From: Microbotryum violaceum
Lineage: Eukaryota
Direction of reading: 5' to 3'
DNA: 64,000 nucleotides
NCBI GenBank assembly: GCA_001244265.2
Contig: CDLV01000007.1
Coordinates: 248,001-312,000 of the forward strand
Part shown: one piece after another, positions 13,328 through 26,725 of the stretch
Layout of the letters: each line of letters begins with the position of its first letter
Numbering within the stretch: the first letter of the stretch is position 1
The notes under the pieces: generated by a model
The model's input: only the letters and a program-made list of their open reading frames with translations
Told to the model about the DNA's origin: nothing
Database searches by the model: none
Translations under genes and position numbers: made by a program

Positions 13328-13827
13328 GCGTTCGTTTCTACCCCCACCCCCCTTTCGCAATTGCACCACCCTGAAATCAGTCCGAATGACTGAGCGCACC
13401 CGCGCGCCGCCGTATGATCTTTCACGACCCTCGATCAAACCCTCCCGAAAACAAATGGATTTGTACATAGCTGTCGAGACAGACACGACGCGCCGACTCG
13501 CGGCCCTTTTTACCCAATCACCACTCGAACGATCTTTTCCCAAAACGGCCTTCGGCTTTTCTTTCTCTTCACGCAACCACCATATCTTTTTCTCTCATTT
13601 TTTTCGGGGGTCTGTTCACCACACACTCTGTAGCTAAAACACTTTTTTCTTTCCACCTCCCTATTCCTTTCCCCCTTCTTGCTGTATACTGTTATGTCTT
13701 TTCTGTGTGACTTGTGTGTGTGTGTGGTGTTCTTTTGATACAAATTTGAAGAACTATAAATCGAAATGAATTCTAATCGGATAAACCTTGATGCGTGATG
13801 CGAATGCTTCATCGAGGGGATCAGGCT

Positions 13828-16198
13828 CTATTGGATCGCGAGATCATTGCTGATGCTGGAATCCAAGCTCAACATCTCCGACTCGGGCCCCGGTGTGCCA
13901 TCCAAGCTGATACCCCGCAAGCAAACACCCAACCGTGTCCTCGGCGCCGCGCCCAACTCTCTCGACAATTCCAGTCGACTCTCACCCTCCTTCGTACAAT
14001 CCCACACCTGTCTTCTCCCATACTCATGCCCCGTACTTAGATCGCGCAAGATCAATTCGTACGAATGCGCCCACGGCGCCGAGGTCCAAAGGAGATGAGT
14101 TTGGTCGGGGGAGGAAGGGTCTAGCCATACTTTAGAGGGAGCGGGTGGTACGGGATGTTGCGTGGGCGTTTTTTGGTGGTTCATCTTATAGGAATGGTGA
14201 CGTAGGATCGAGATGATTTGGCGTTCGCGGGGGTCGAATTCGGGGTGTGAGCAGGTCGCCCATCCCGGGATGTCTGAATGATCGACAAGGCATGTCAGTC
14301 GAGTGAACCCGGGGGATAACAGAGTCGTGCTTGAACCGACTCACGCATCGCAAAATTCCCATTTCCTTCCCCATGCGTCTTGTACCCACCCCCCGCACTG
14401 GCCGGTCTCAAACTCCACACCAAGGCCCCGCTCCCCCCATACTTGTGCAAATCTTTCAAGAACGAATCGTACATCGAGGGTTCGGCGAAAAAGCCCATCT
14501 CGCCTGCGACAAAGGCTTTGCCGTGCTTTCCGAAGACGTATTCACAGTCCTTTTTGACGCGATACGAATCGCCGGAGCCGTAGTAGTGGTAAGAGAGGAT
14601 GTCGACGTCGCTGTGCCGAAAACGGCATCGAGGTCTCGTCAGCCTGATGGCCCCTTCAGAATCATAAGTGTAATATCTGCTAAGGACTGACTTTGACTGG
14701 AGCACCTCGATCGGGTAAGACCCCGTGATACTCTCCGTTCGAGCAAACGAGCCATCCATCACCAGGATCTGTGGTGCACGTGATTTGAGATGCCTGTTGC
14801 GCGAATGCTTTTTCATCAGCGACTGTACGCGGAGTAGCGCAGACAAAGTACTCACTTGGCTATTCTTAAGGTCCACGAGGCTGGAGCGGGGCGCATGCCG
14901 TTGCAGTTCATCTCGTTGCCTGCCCGAGCAAGACTCCGTCAGTTTGTGGGATCCGCGGACCGGGCTGCTCAAGCCTGATGATCATCACCCACCCGTCTCG
15001 AAAGCCAAGATGGTCGCATCGTCACCTATCCGGATCCCGTTGATGTGATTGACTCGGTTAAGAAGCTTGTCAACGATGAGCTTGAATCTGCATGGAAGCC
15101 ATAAATCGTCGAGAGTCAGATCTGGTCAAGCCCGGAAAGCTGTATCGGATCAGAGTAAACTTGCGATTCAATCATCTCGTGGTCGGTCCACCAGTTGACC
15201 TTAGTCGATTCTTCGTAGGTCGAGAGACCTTTACGCTGTAAGTCCCGGAAGGCGCCGTTAGTGATCAATCATTCATGTCGAAAGTTCTGCGTGCTTACCA
15301 TGCGGATCAAATCGGCGTAAGACCCGACCCAATTCGAGCTAGGAGCCAACTAGAATCAGCTCCAAACGTACTGTCGCCGCCTCCGGAATCTCGCAAGTAC
15401 TCACTCCTCTCCCGTATCCTGATTGATGATCGGAATGATCAATTTGACGCCATACTTGCGCGCCTCGGCCAAGACGCGATCAATCTCCTTCAGTCGCCCC
15501 TCGTCCCATTCCCAGTCTTTCCATTCGCGATGCCAGCTTTTGATGTGGCCTCGGCCGATATTTTTCGAGTTGATCTTGAGGGGTTCACGAAATATCAAAG
15601 CATCAACGCGAATTTCGTTTCATCAATGATGACTTTGGCCGCACGGTTGGGTCGCCCTGGTTCTCCGCGCGGTGACTGAGACAGGAGAAGAGAGTGTCTG
15701 ACTTGCTCACCTGCAGAGTATAGGTTCTCGTGACCGCCCTAGCGAACGAGCCTCGCATGGACAAGGTCCGGAACGTATGCTCAATCTCGAAAGGTCCATT
15801 GACGTTCCCATCGAGTAACTCGGGCGCGTTGAGGCTGGATGATGAGTCGTTGGGCGAGGGAGAGAGTCAGCGCTCGATCCCCCCCCCCGCCTCCCCCCAC
15901 ATTGCTCACGAGGAGAGACAGACGAACGGACGATGTTGCACAGGTCCGTGCTTAACACCACCCTCGTGGCTGATACTCACCCGGCGAATCTGAAAGGATG
16001 ACCCGCAAGAACAAGTTGACCCTTGTGTACCCGCACGAACTGATCACGAGGATCTACGCTCGTCCATTCTGATCCATCCTTACTTCCCCCCTGTTCATCA
16101 CGCGCTGTCGAGGACGTGGACCCGCCAGAGTTGAGGAAGATCTGCGTCTTGTCCGTGACGCTCGCCGATTTGAGCTTGAGGTTCGATAATAGACCCAT
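13828..16198 (-). CDS. Glycoside hydrolase family 5 (mannanase-like) with C-terminal beta-sandwich/FN3-like region
   Basis: FVRVHKGQLVLAGHPFRFA / SLNAPEL; IDRVLAEARKYGVKLIIP; NRVNHINGIRIGDDATILAFETG-NEM (acid/base NE, split by an intron); DILSYHYY; AFVAGEMG (nucleophile); GALVWSLRP. Confidence 0.85.
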
Positions 16199-16745
16199 CG
16201 TGAGTGCGAGAAAGATGACCGAGAAGCCCAGTCGTTGACTCAGTGAGAACGGCGCGGTGACGTGTGCGGTGACGAGCATCCACTCGAGTTGTTGTACAGA
16301 GCCGATTGCATGCGCAGTTTGCCGGCCGGACGACAACTGATCGGGCTCGGTCTTCGCGAGCACCGCCACCACCGCCCCGGCAACGACGTCACCGATCGAT
16401 CGCAAGTGCCAACATGTTTTGAGAGAGGCCGTGTATGCGACTTCTTGCAAAATCTTGTTTCCGTCCACTCAACGATGAACAGAAAATCACCAAATGAGTG
16501 TAGCAGAAGTTTAACAAAAGTGTAAGTGTAACAAAAAAGCAGCTGAAGCGACGACAGACCCGCCCGAAGGGAGAATCCGGACCAAAGATTGCGGATAGGT
16601 GATGCTACAAATAACACGATCGGTCAGAGCACAAAAGGGAGAAAAGTGGAATGGGGAGTGGAACGAAGCGAAAAAGACGCTCTATGTGCTTGTGCGGGCG
16701 CGCGCGGAGGGCGCAGTGCAGGAGGGCAACATCGACTCGTCGACT

Positions 16746-19069
16746 TCAAACATCGATCAAGCGTCCCGCATCAGATGTCGATTCTTGTCGACGTTGACCA
16801 TCTTCTTCTAATCGCTCGTCCGTGTCGTCGTCGCTCCCATCGCCCAGCGGCTCGAACCCAGCAGTCGACGATAACTCACTGATCGACGACACGGACGATG
16901 CCGTCGAAATGGCCGGCGTGAGCACACTCCCGTCTTGTAAAGTCGAGGGCGTCACGGCGGGAGGGGCCAAAGGAGGTAGTGATGTTCGAGAGGGAGACAG
17001 GGATGAAGGGGCGGCGGTATCAGTCGAAGAGGTCGGTTTCGCCGAGAGTGTCGGAGGTGCAGCATGAGCAGATGCGGGTAGGAGACTGCCGGTCGGTGTT
17101 GTCGGTGATGTCGTGTTCGATCCGAACGACAGATTGCCCATTGGTGCATTGATCGCCTCGGACACCATCGTTCGTGTCGACGGGGAACCGGGAGTAGAAG
17201 CATCAGACGGGCAGGTCGTGTCGAGCAAGCTTCGTTCGACGGGTGTCGCATTGCCAGCGGTTTGGGCGGCGGCCGCCGCCGCCTTGTCACGATCTTCCCT
17301 TTCCTTGCGTTGACGCGCTTCATCCTCCAGCATCGAAATCCGCATCGCCTCCTCAATCATCAACTCCTCCAGATCCTGTCCCCCTAAACCCGCCAGCATC
17401 TCCGCCATCTCCTGATTCCGCCTTCGCGACGATCGACTCGATCGACCCGTCGCATTCGAGTCCATCGCGGCCGCGACCTGTGCAGCGAATCCAGGTGGGA
17501 GTTGCATCGAGCTCATCGTCGGATTCGAACCGTCGCCCGCGCGCCCTGAGGTGACTCCGACGGGAATGAGCCTTTCGCCGACCTGACGGAACACGATTCG
17601 ACGGTTGGCCCGACGTGCGACCGTCGCACGGATCGCTTCGACTTTGGCTTCCCAATCCGGGTGGACTTGGTCTAGATATAGCAGATATAAGCACTTTGGA
17701 TTAGAGGAGCGCGAGGCGGAAACGGACACAGACCGGATCCGCGAGAGCTTACCAGTGGTGACGACGTCCTTCTCCGTATGTGCGAACGACTTTCGCCGCC
17801 GTTTTTGTTCAGCCGCGACCCCCGCGACGATCGAGAAACTGCTTTCCGAGCCATTACTATCGTTTTGGGCGACCGTCGGTCTCGCCGGTGCCTGTCGAAT
17901 TCGAGAGGAGTGTTCCTAAGTCAGCACGGGTCGCTCCGAAGCGCCAAAGCGTGTCGAACGAAGCACGATGCGGTAAAGAAAAAAGGCTTACCATCTCCTT
18001 TGTGTAGACGCATCCAAAATTGGGTTCCATGCAAAACGGACATGCCGCCGGTTCGGATTCGAGGTGGGTCGTGGTCGGTTCGGCACGCTTGATTTGCACA
18101 AAGCACTCGGTGCAGATGGGCTGGTCGCAACAGCGTGTATGGACCATCGGTGGAGGGTAGTACCTGTATGTTACGCAACGTCAGCTCATAATGATCGCTG
18201 CAGGTTCGCTGGGAGGTGCTAGAGCTGATAGCGTGACGAGTCCACGAACGAGTCAACCGAGCCCCACAATCAGGCTCAGGCTCCGAGGAACGGCCGGGGT
18301 CCACAGTAAACGAGAGCTCACGCCTGACTAAGCGACGGACGGACCCCTCGGCCCAGCATGACTCATCCGCGATGGCGACTCACAGGAAGCAGATGGGACA
18401 CTCAACGGCTTTCCCGAGGTATTGTTTGGCGAGATCCTGACGTGCGACCTCGCGGTGGGGTCGGTTCGAGGTCGCCGCCGCCCGTCGTTCGCGATGCTTG
18501 ATGAGCTCGGCCAGTCGTTCCCGATGGATCGTCGCGTGCGCCACGGCCACTTGCGAATCCTTGCTCTTCCTCGTCGATCCCAACGGGGTCGTCTGCATCG
18601 TCGCTTCGGCCTCGATCACGGCTTCCACGGCCGAGGCGTGCGCATCCTCCAGCTTACGAGCGGCTTGCTCTTCGGCCTCATCGAGCGCCTCCACGATCTG
18701 CTCGACGGTCCACTCGTCCTCGTAATCGTCGAGGCCGAGGTGGAACGGCGCCAAGCGACGCTCGAGGATCAAGCGGTGCACGACCGGTCGAGAGTAGTCC
18801 TGCACACTCGAGGCAAACAAGTGACTCGAAGGTTCGAGCGTACCGCCGTCGACGGTCTTGTCGCTCAGAGGCACGTCGGCGTTGGCGTGGCTATGCTGCG
18901 CGTTCGACGAGACGGCGCCGTGGCCGTGGCCGTGGCCGTGGCTGCCGTGAGCGGTGGCGCCCTGAGCCGACCCATTCACGCTCGACCCCGTCGTCGATCG
19001 CGAACGGGCGAAGTGGCCCGATGGCGACGAGTGCTGCGACGATGATCCCGAGGATTGGTTGTTACCCAT
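16746..19069 (-). CDS. SIP5: Sip5-like protein (RING-like Zn-binding region, N-terminal myristoylation motif)
   Basis: MGNNQSS start; [24 protein letters not shown] / ...[21 protein letters not shown]...PAACPFC; C-terminal [17 protein letters not shown]. Confidence 0.85.
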
Positions 19070-20012
19070 CGATGCAGCAGTCGAATGTGGGTAAGGCGGG
19101 AGGAGACGTGGGGAAGTCGGTTGCAACTGCGAGTTCGCTCGGTCGCACGAAAGCTGAGCGACGGAGACTGAGAGTGGTTTCACAACGCAGACAGAGCCTC
19201 ACACCAAATTCCAGCGCGACCATAGCGCGACCGAGCTCGACGAAGGTGGGGGCGCGCTGAGAAATAGAATTCAGTCGGGGCGCGCATCGACGCTAATTTG
19301 GTGTAGCAGCAGCAAGGAGAATGGTTAGTCACTACTGGGATGACGCGATGATCTCCCAATCGCACTTGCAACTTCCAACGCCGAGCTCGAGGTCGGTCCA
19401 AGTCCGCCGAGCAGTCCGAAACGAGTAGCTTTTTGATTTCGTACACTTCTTACCAAAGCAAGCAAAACGATGTCACAACCGTACACTCCACTATTTCACG
19501 TGACCGTGAGAACGACCGCTCAATTGATCACCGGTCCTGGTGAAGAGGAGTCTAATCCGTCATCGACGCTCCAGGTCGATCTCACATTCGGATAGAGGAA
19601 GGTTCACGGTACCCTCGTCATCAATGAGGATACATGCACCCTAGTCCTGTCGCACGAGACAGCTTACTTCTAGTGTACGCATAAAAGGTCCGCTGCCCAG
19701 GGTCTTCAAGTTATCCTCCAGACTATTCTTCACCCCCAAACATTGCCAGCACGGCGTTACGGCATTGTGTCTAAGGGATCGTAACGGTTCGATCCAATCG
19801 AGCCCCTTCTTATGCTGAAATTACTCGTCGCGATCCGCATATGGGGAGACTATCTTTTCATTTTATCCTTCACGAACGGGATTGGATCAAGAACGGCTTT
19901 CGTATTGCAATGACCTTAACAGAAGGGGAGCGAAGCGAGCAGAGTTTTCGGCATGGGTCGCGCGGAGGAAAGAGGCGGAATACATACCAGGCAACAGTAT
20001 ACGGCACGAATT

Positions 20013-20121
20013 CAGTCGAGATCACCTTTCGAACACTCGACATCTAATCCAGTCGAGATCACCTTTCGAACACTCGACATCTAATCCAGTCGAGATCACC
20101 TTTCGAACACTCGACATCTAA
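20013..20121. repeat. 37-bp tandem repeat, ~3 copies (CAGTCGAGATCACCTTTCGAACACTCGACATCTAATC)
   Basis: Identical units start at 20013, 20050 and 20087; the third is 2 nt short. Confidence 0.95.
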
Positions 20122-21555
20122 AAGGTCTCGGAGAAAGGACGCAAGTCAAGCTCTGCGTCAAAGAGGGAGATCGTAGCATCGGTCAGCACTGACTCCCTCG
20201 TCTGAACGTCGGTACGACCCGTGTCTGAATGCCACTGACCGAGAGTCCAGGCCTTAATACTCAAGAGAGAAGTGATGAAGAAAAAAAACAGTGGTGGAAC
20301 CAATCTTCATCAGCACAAGTCTTGAATCAACATCACGCCTTTCGCCACGCCAGCTTTTGAACTCACCGAGCGATGCTGCCTATGCAAGTTGACATACTCC
20401 TGCGCGATCGCGGTCGGTTCCAACCTCGTGTCGGGCGCTTTCATCTCACCAAACATGCGGGTCAGGTTCTCGGTGTTGATGAAGCCGTCGAGGATGACGT
20501 GAGCGACGTGGATGTCTTTGGGTTGAAATTCTCGCGCGAGGGATTGACCTGCGAGAAACAGGGGCGAGTGAAGGGGAAGGAAGATATTTTGGTGTCGCTT
20601 CAGTTTGAGAAGACCGAGGCCTACTGTTCTGCCATTCTACCAATCAGGTCCATGGAACGGGGGCGCTTACTCAAGCAGCGAAGACCAAACTTGGGCACAG
20701 CGAAGGACGACATCTGAGCGCCTCCCTTCAAAGCAGCGGTGGCCCCTGTATCAAGCAGCTCCCCAAAGAATCTATCGTCGGCACGCTTGACCAGCCAGCA
20801 CCCGTCATTCAACAGCATCGTCAAGCTCAATCTAACCTACCCGAGAACAAAAGCGTTCCTCCACCCGCCTCCAGCAAGAGAGGGATGACTTGCTGTGAGA
20901 AGTGAAACGCGCCGAGAACGGCGATGTCGAGCCCGGTCTGCATGTCTTTGGTCGTCAACTCGAGAAAAGGTTTGCGTACGAAGGGGTTATTCAGGGAGAA
21001 GATGGCCCTGAAAAGATATGACAGGCATGGAGATTCGTGGATTCAGTTGGTGTTCGTCGTTGGCAAACTCGGTCCGAGGTTTGCTGGCGGGAGGGGCGTG
21101 AGAGCAGATGGCGCCCCACACGCTCACGTCCCAATTAGTGAGTCACCACCCAACCCGCCTCGGGCCGGACGTCAGAACACCGCAGCACGGTCCAACCCCA
21201 AGACTCACACCTTGAGCTGATGATCAGGCCACTTCTCCTTGATCTGACCAAAAGCCTTCGTCAACGACTCGGGGTTCGAGGCATCGCATGCGAACGGCTC
21301 GGCCTGTCCGACAGCGATGAAGTCGGTCGTACCCAGTCATCAGCCATTTAAGCACAACGAGCAACAGCCGGGCTGCTAAAGAAAGCTCACCACCCCACCC
21401 TTCTCACGAATCTCTTGGGCAAGAGCTTGTAAGCTATCCATACGACGAGCAAGCAAAGCCACAGCACCGGTCTCTTTCGCGAAGGCGTGGCCTAAGGCGG
21501 CACCTGTTCCGGGTCCGGCTCCGAGGAGGACGGTCAGGGTTTTTTGGGTCGACAT
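20118..21555 (-). CDS. Short-chain dehydrogenase/reductase (multi-exon; largely missed by the ORF track)
   Basis: MSTQKTLTVLLGAGPGTGAALGHAFAKETGAVALLARR (Rossmann Gly motif); TGATAALKGGAQMSSFAVPKFGLRCLS / QSLAREFQPKDIHVAHVILDGFI...RLEPTAIAQEYVNLHRQHRS / AWTL / ELDLRPFSETF*. Confidence 0.88.
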
Positions 21556-22064
21556 GATGCTCTTGTGGGAGGGAATTGGGTGGCGGTTGGGATGGGAAGG
21601 AGGTCAAAAGGGAAACCTGGAGACGGTGCCCAACTTCTGGTCGGTGGCCGGGGATGGCTTCCGAAACCGCACGAGCTCGTGTCGGTGTCAGCATTAGAGC
21701 CCCACGCGCCAGACGCGCAGATCCCGGGTCCATTGATGTCACGCTAGTGCCTTTTCAGTCCGATTGCCATTTTAGCGGTGTCTAGCTGGGTAAGGCAACG
21801 CGTTGTACAGTCGTCAGTGAGAGCGAGCTTTGGATTACAAGGGTACATATGCGAATGATATAGATGCTGAGCAACGGATGTCATGACGTCGAGGCGAGAA
21901 GACACGGCGGATCGTTTCAGCTCGAGCCCGGACGAACATACGGCCAAGATAAATTAAACAGGGTTACGACAAGACGTGAGTGAGATGCAAACGAAACAAG
22001 GAAGGGGGGTATCGACGGAAATATAGCAAGGGCTGGCGAGTGGAACCACAACAAGAAGAAGAAA

Positions 22065-23752
22065 TCATGACTCGTCAATGTTCTTGAGCAGTGGGCTGAC
22101 CTCTCCTCTCCTCCCTGATCCCGACCGCTTCGTCATCGGACGACCACTCGTATCGACAGAACGTGACCTCCCCAAAGAGCTATTCGAATGCGAGAGGTGA
22201 TCGTCCACATCGTCGTCATCGTCGCCGTCTGAGAGCTCGTCGTCCGAAGCGGGGAGGATGACGGTGATGGGTTGAGGTGCATCTCGTAATCCGGTCCACT
22301 TGGGGAACTGAGTGATCCCGTTGAAGACGAAGGTTCCGTAGACGAGTAGGCCGAAGCCAATGACTTGCAACCACTTGAAGTGTTCCCACCCGAGTGACAT
22401 GGACACGAGCCAAATAAGCAAGGTCCGGGAGGTATCGATAGTCGAGCGAGACGTCGCGGACAGAGTGCGCGTGACGGCGAGTCCGCAAAAGTTGAACAAA
22501 GCAATCGAGATGGCGATCGCGATACTAGAACTCCAGATCGAAGGGTTCGACACGATCTGATGCCAGCCTTCGGGTGCATCGAAGTAGCCGCCTTGTCCAG
22601 AGGGTTTCGATCCAATGAAGACGTGTAGAATGAGCAGGCCGGTGATCGTCGTCGATAGACCAAAAAAGCCTTCGAAACCGGCCGCGAGCAAAGGCTCGAC
22701 GGCTTGACGTTCCATGATTTTTTCTTCCAGAACGAATTGCGAAGCCGTGAAGACTTGTGCGACGAGGATGAGGCAGACGCCCACGAGCGGGCTGACGGCT
22801 GGCTCTTCGGCGGCGGTCGACTGCACCTCTTTCTTCGGCGCGTCAAGCAATGACGAGCAGCCGACTACGGCTACACCGGCCATGACTGTCGCGAGCGAGG
22901 ACCATTGCGACGTTGTCATCTTACGGCCGAGGAAGAGCAGCGACAGCACGCCGACCCACAGCACCAGGGCGCCTCGGAGCATTTGGTAGATCGAGACGGG
23001 AACAAACAGCAGTCCCACGTTCACTGCATAGGGGTAGATGGTGATCAGTCAATCCGACCGGCTCGGCACATCCAGCATAATAAGCTCTACTCACTCGCCG
23101 TCGTTCCACAGATGTCGCAGCAAGCCGGTCCCCAGAACAAGATCGCCCTCTCCCAGGCGAATGGGTTCTCCTCCGCCTGCTTCGCCGCCATCTGAGCAGC
23201 CTTAATCCCTTCCTCTTCCTCATCACCTCGCAAACTGATAGCTGACTCGTTGAAGTTGAACGCCGACTCGTCCGGCCTCGAAAGTGGCGCCGAAGCGAGT
23301 CGAGCCGATTGAGAATGACTCGCGGCTGCTCGGGCAGAGGCGGAAGCGACTCTTCGCCGTGAGGGGTTGTATGGGTTGTATTTCGAGTTGATGATTTTGA
23401 AGGCGACGAGGCAGAGGGTTTCGCCGAGGAACATGGTTGCTGTTTGCCAGACGGGTTGCTCGAACACCTTTTTGCGCGCAGGGTCGTCGCAGTTGGCTAC
23501 GCATTGCATGTCTTGCCATTTCGAAAAGACACTATTGGATGTACCTGTGATGAATGGGGTACGATGGGAGGGGAGGGGAATTGCTCAAAATTGGATCAGT
23601 AAAAGTGACGAGCTGTGCAAGGGCGCTCTTCGATGACGTCGTGAGCGACGAGTTGGAAAAAAGAAGAGCGGAAAGTTGCACGCACCTGCAACGAGCATGA
23701 CGGCCACCAATACTGCAATCTGAAGCGTTCCGAAGAGAAGAACGTGAGGCAT
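22065..23752 (-). CDS. Drug/metabolite (nucleotide-sugar) transporter, SLC35F6-like
   Basis: MPHVLLFGTLQIAVLVAVMLVAG / KWQDMQCVANC...FEQPVWQTATMFLGETLCL...PACCDICGTT / MNVGLLFVPVSIYQMLRGALVLW...QFVLEEKIM...SATSRSTIDTSRT; ~10 hydrophobic segments. Confidence 0.88.
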
Positions 23753-24848
23753 CAGTACACCGTTTTCAGTCGGTCGACCACTGTCGCCAGTTTGGGGCTC
23801 GGAAGACCCAAAGTCGAAGCGAGAGCGAGTCCACAGGCAACAAGCTGTAACAGCCAAACACAGCCGGGCTTGCGGGAACTGACCTGCAGAGCAGTTGGTG
23901 GTTTGGGTGCTGAGACCATTCTGGCGGAGATGGTCGGTCAGGTCGTTGAGAGAAGCAAGAAGGGCGTAGGGGCGCGCACGGAAGCGAGTATGGGGTCGAG
24001 GAAAATAGGTCAAGCGAGCGAGACGGTGGAGTGATCCTTCCGGGTCGGGAAAACCGGATTGTGATGCAGAGGTACTAGCGAGCTATCAACCAAGGGCGTA
24101 AACGAGTGTCCGCTTTCGGAGTGTATGCAAGTTGAGCGTATTTCCGCGGGTAGTGAGACGTGCAAAGCAGCGCCGAATGAAGGCAGAGGCGGAGATGGAG
24201 GTGGATGCGGAGGAGGGAGCGGCGTCAAGGCTGCAGTAATCAGTAATTGCTCGAAGTTGCTCGAGCGCGCAGCTTTGCCGAACGAGCCGACTACCGGAAA
24301 TGATACCGACGCGCGGGCTGCTAAGGCGGACGCGTGCTTTCGTGTCTCGCGCCGAGGGTCGTTTCGAGTCGTGACTCTGGTGATAGGCGGGTGTCTTTCG
24401 ACAGAGATTGGAGTGGCCGATGGATCGTGTTTTCGAGTGCACTCTGAGCAGTGGCACGGTCCGGGTCGTTCGACGCGGTCAGAGCGGACGAGGCGCGTTA
24501 GACGAACACGGATCAATCACGTGGTACGAGTCGGGAGGCAGGCTACAGCCACGGGGGCGATGCTGGCTGTGAACCGCGTGCTCAAAGGTGCTGGGTCGAG
24601 TAAGGTTGTAGAACAGGTTGAATTAGCCGCCCAGGAACGTTCGAAGAAGACTGCCGAGAGGTTATGCCCGGGGAGAAGGTGCGGCGGGGCAAGCGAGGCA
24701 AGAGACGATAAGCTGAAGGCGCCGAGGCCGAGGCGCGCGACTCGAACGAGAGGTCCGTGCCCCGGGTCGATTCGCACCAAAGCCTGCTCCGTCTTGACCA
24801 GTTCTCCTCTTCGCTTTGCACCTCACCTGCTCGATCCACCCACCCACC

Positions 24849-25686
24849 ATGTCCCTCATGACAACAGCTCAGCTCACACGGGCGGGTTCGGCTTACCGGG
24901 TATGTGTATGGCTTCGGCCACTGTTGTATACTCGTATTCGATCTCGATCTTGAGCTGACCTCGCTTCGATCCCCACTCTTCGGCTCCCGGCACAGGCTTT
25001 ATTACGAGCCCAGCGCATAACATTCAAGGGCGACGAATATGCATTGAACAGTCAGTTCCGGCTAACCACAATTCCTCTGTTCCTCTCCCGCCTTCCATGC
25101 GGCGAACCCCTGCTTCATCTTAATTTCCCCTCCCCATCATCGCATCCATCACCTCACAGAAGCGCACCAACAGACCCGCGTCCTCTTCAACAAGTTCATA
25201 CCCTCCGCCTCGGCATTACGAAATCAAGCCGGACCTTCCTTGGAACGACCGTCCTTGTCCGCGACCGAGATTGACGAGCACATCCAATCGGCTCATGAAA
25301 TCGCTGCTTATCTTCGGAAGAATGTGGTGCAAGGGATCCGGAATGAGGACGGAAATTATAGTGCGTGTCCACGTGGACTTTTATGGACTACCTCCGGGCA
25401 TTCACTCGAGATGAGGGCCGACTTTTTAGGGGCTGCATCTGATCGCGCCCGTGGTTTAAACACTGTTCGCACAGCACTTCGCTTCACGGAAGAAACAGAA
25501 CGAGGCGACAACTCGACCATCAGAGCACCCTCAGCAAGCGAGGCCAGACCTTTACGACCACCGAGGGAGGTTCCGAGTGAGAATCAGGGCGTCAGGAGAA
25601 GGAGGGCCCAGCCGAAGCTGGAGCCGTGCTGTGGTGGGGGTGCTGCAGCGGGGGTGGAGACAACAAAGAGTGATGCGACCTCGTGA
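24849..25686 (+). CDS. MZM1: LYR-motif complex III assembly factor Mzm1/LYRM7
   Basis: MSLMTTAQLTRAGSAYR / ALLRAQRITFKGDEYALN / ...IQSAHEIAAYLRKNVVQG / LRFTEETERGDNSTIR. Confidence 0.85.
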
Positions 25687-26725
25687 ATGTAATGTGAATG
25701 AGGTGGTGAGACGACTTGTTCGACTGAAAGTGAGTGAGAGAGGGCGATAGCGGGCTCGTGGAGAGGAGGTGAATTTACTGCGCTCGGTGAGAAAACTTTC
25801 AAGTCGAGTCCGACGAGGTTAGATGAACACAGGTGATGTGGCTCGGCTCACTCTAAGAAATGGAAGCTCGACACTGTTTGGGAGGTTGCACCAACCTCGT
25901 GTGACCTTTCGTTATGATTAAAAACGGGGTGTCACGGATCTCTCGCCTGCACCGTTTGGGCCCCACCACTGCCGATGCTGACGGCTCCTGTCCACCAAGT
26001 TCGGCATCGTACGACTTGATGAATAACTCCTGAGTGAGCAAGATTTGTCATTCATCTGCATCAATTTTGGCTCAGTCAGAGTACATCGGTGCCGAACACT
26101 ACTACGTTCAATCACGTGTCGAAGGCTGCCATACTTCCACGTCAGTGAATCTCGGAAACACCGCTTAGACCGTCATTTTGGCGTCGTGCGGGGGGCGGGG
26201 GAACGACGTATTTTACCACCCGCTTCCCTTGGGTGCGCTTCTCCCCCCACTACTCGCTGGAAACTTTCAAACCCCCATCCCGTCTACGCCTCCCGCATAC
26301 CCTACTTCCATCTGCTCGAGGGTGCAGTCGAGTGCTTCGTCGACAGACCAGTAAGTAGTACAAGCTCTCGAGTAGCCTGCCAGGACTACGACGAGCTACG
26401 AGCTGCGAGCTGCGACCTCCACCTCGACAACTTCGAGCCGGACCGAGCCAGCAGTGATCGACATCGTCATCGCAGCTGCTGCACACGCGCCTCACGACGG
26501 ACGTCGCTTTGAGCGCTTCGAACGTCGCACGCTGGAAACGCAACAAGCACAACAGCCGACTCGTTGATTCGAACTTGACTGCATCCGATCCACACGGACA
26601 AGTGGCCCCGTGTAACGGACTGCTCGGAGGATACTCGAAGCGCTACTTTCGGGAGAAGGGAGACGAACGGCCCGGCCCGACTGCTGCTAAGAGTAACTTC
26701 CGACGCTGACACGAGACAGACGGCC

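Noticed and set aside
20013..20121. CRISPR-like 37-bp repeat
   Set aside because: The units are contiguous with no spacers, there are no cas genes, and the context is eukaryotic.
24125..24958. 277-aa plus ORF in the divergent promoter region
   Set aside because: No recognisable motif, and it runs out of frame into MZM1 exon 1 and its intron; likely a chance ORF in GC-rich DNA.
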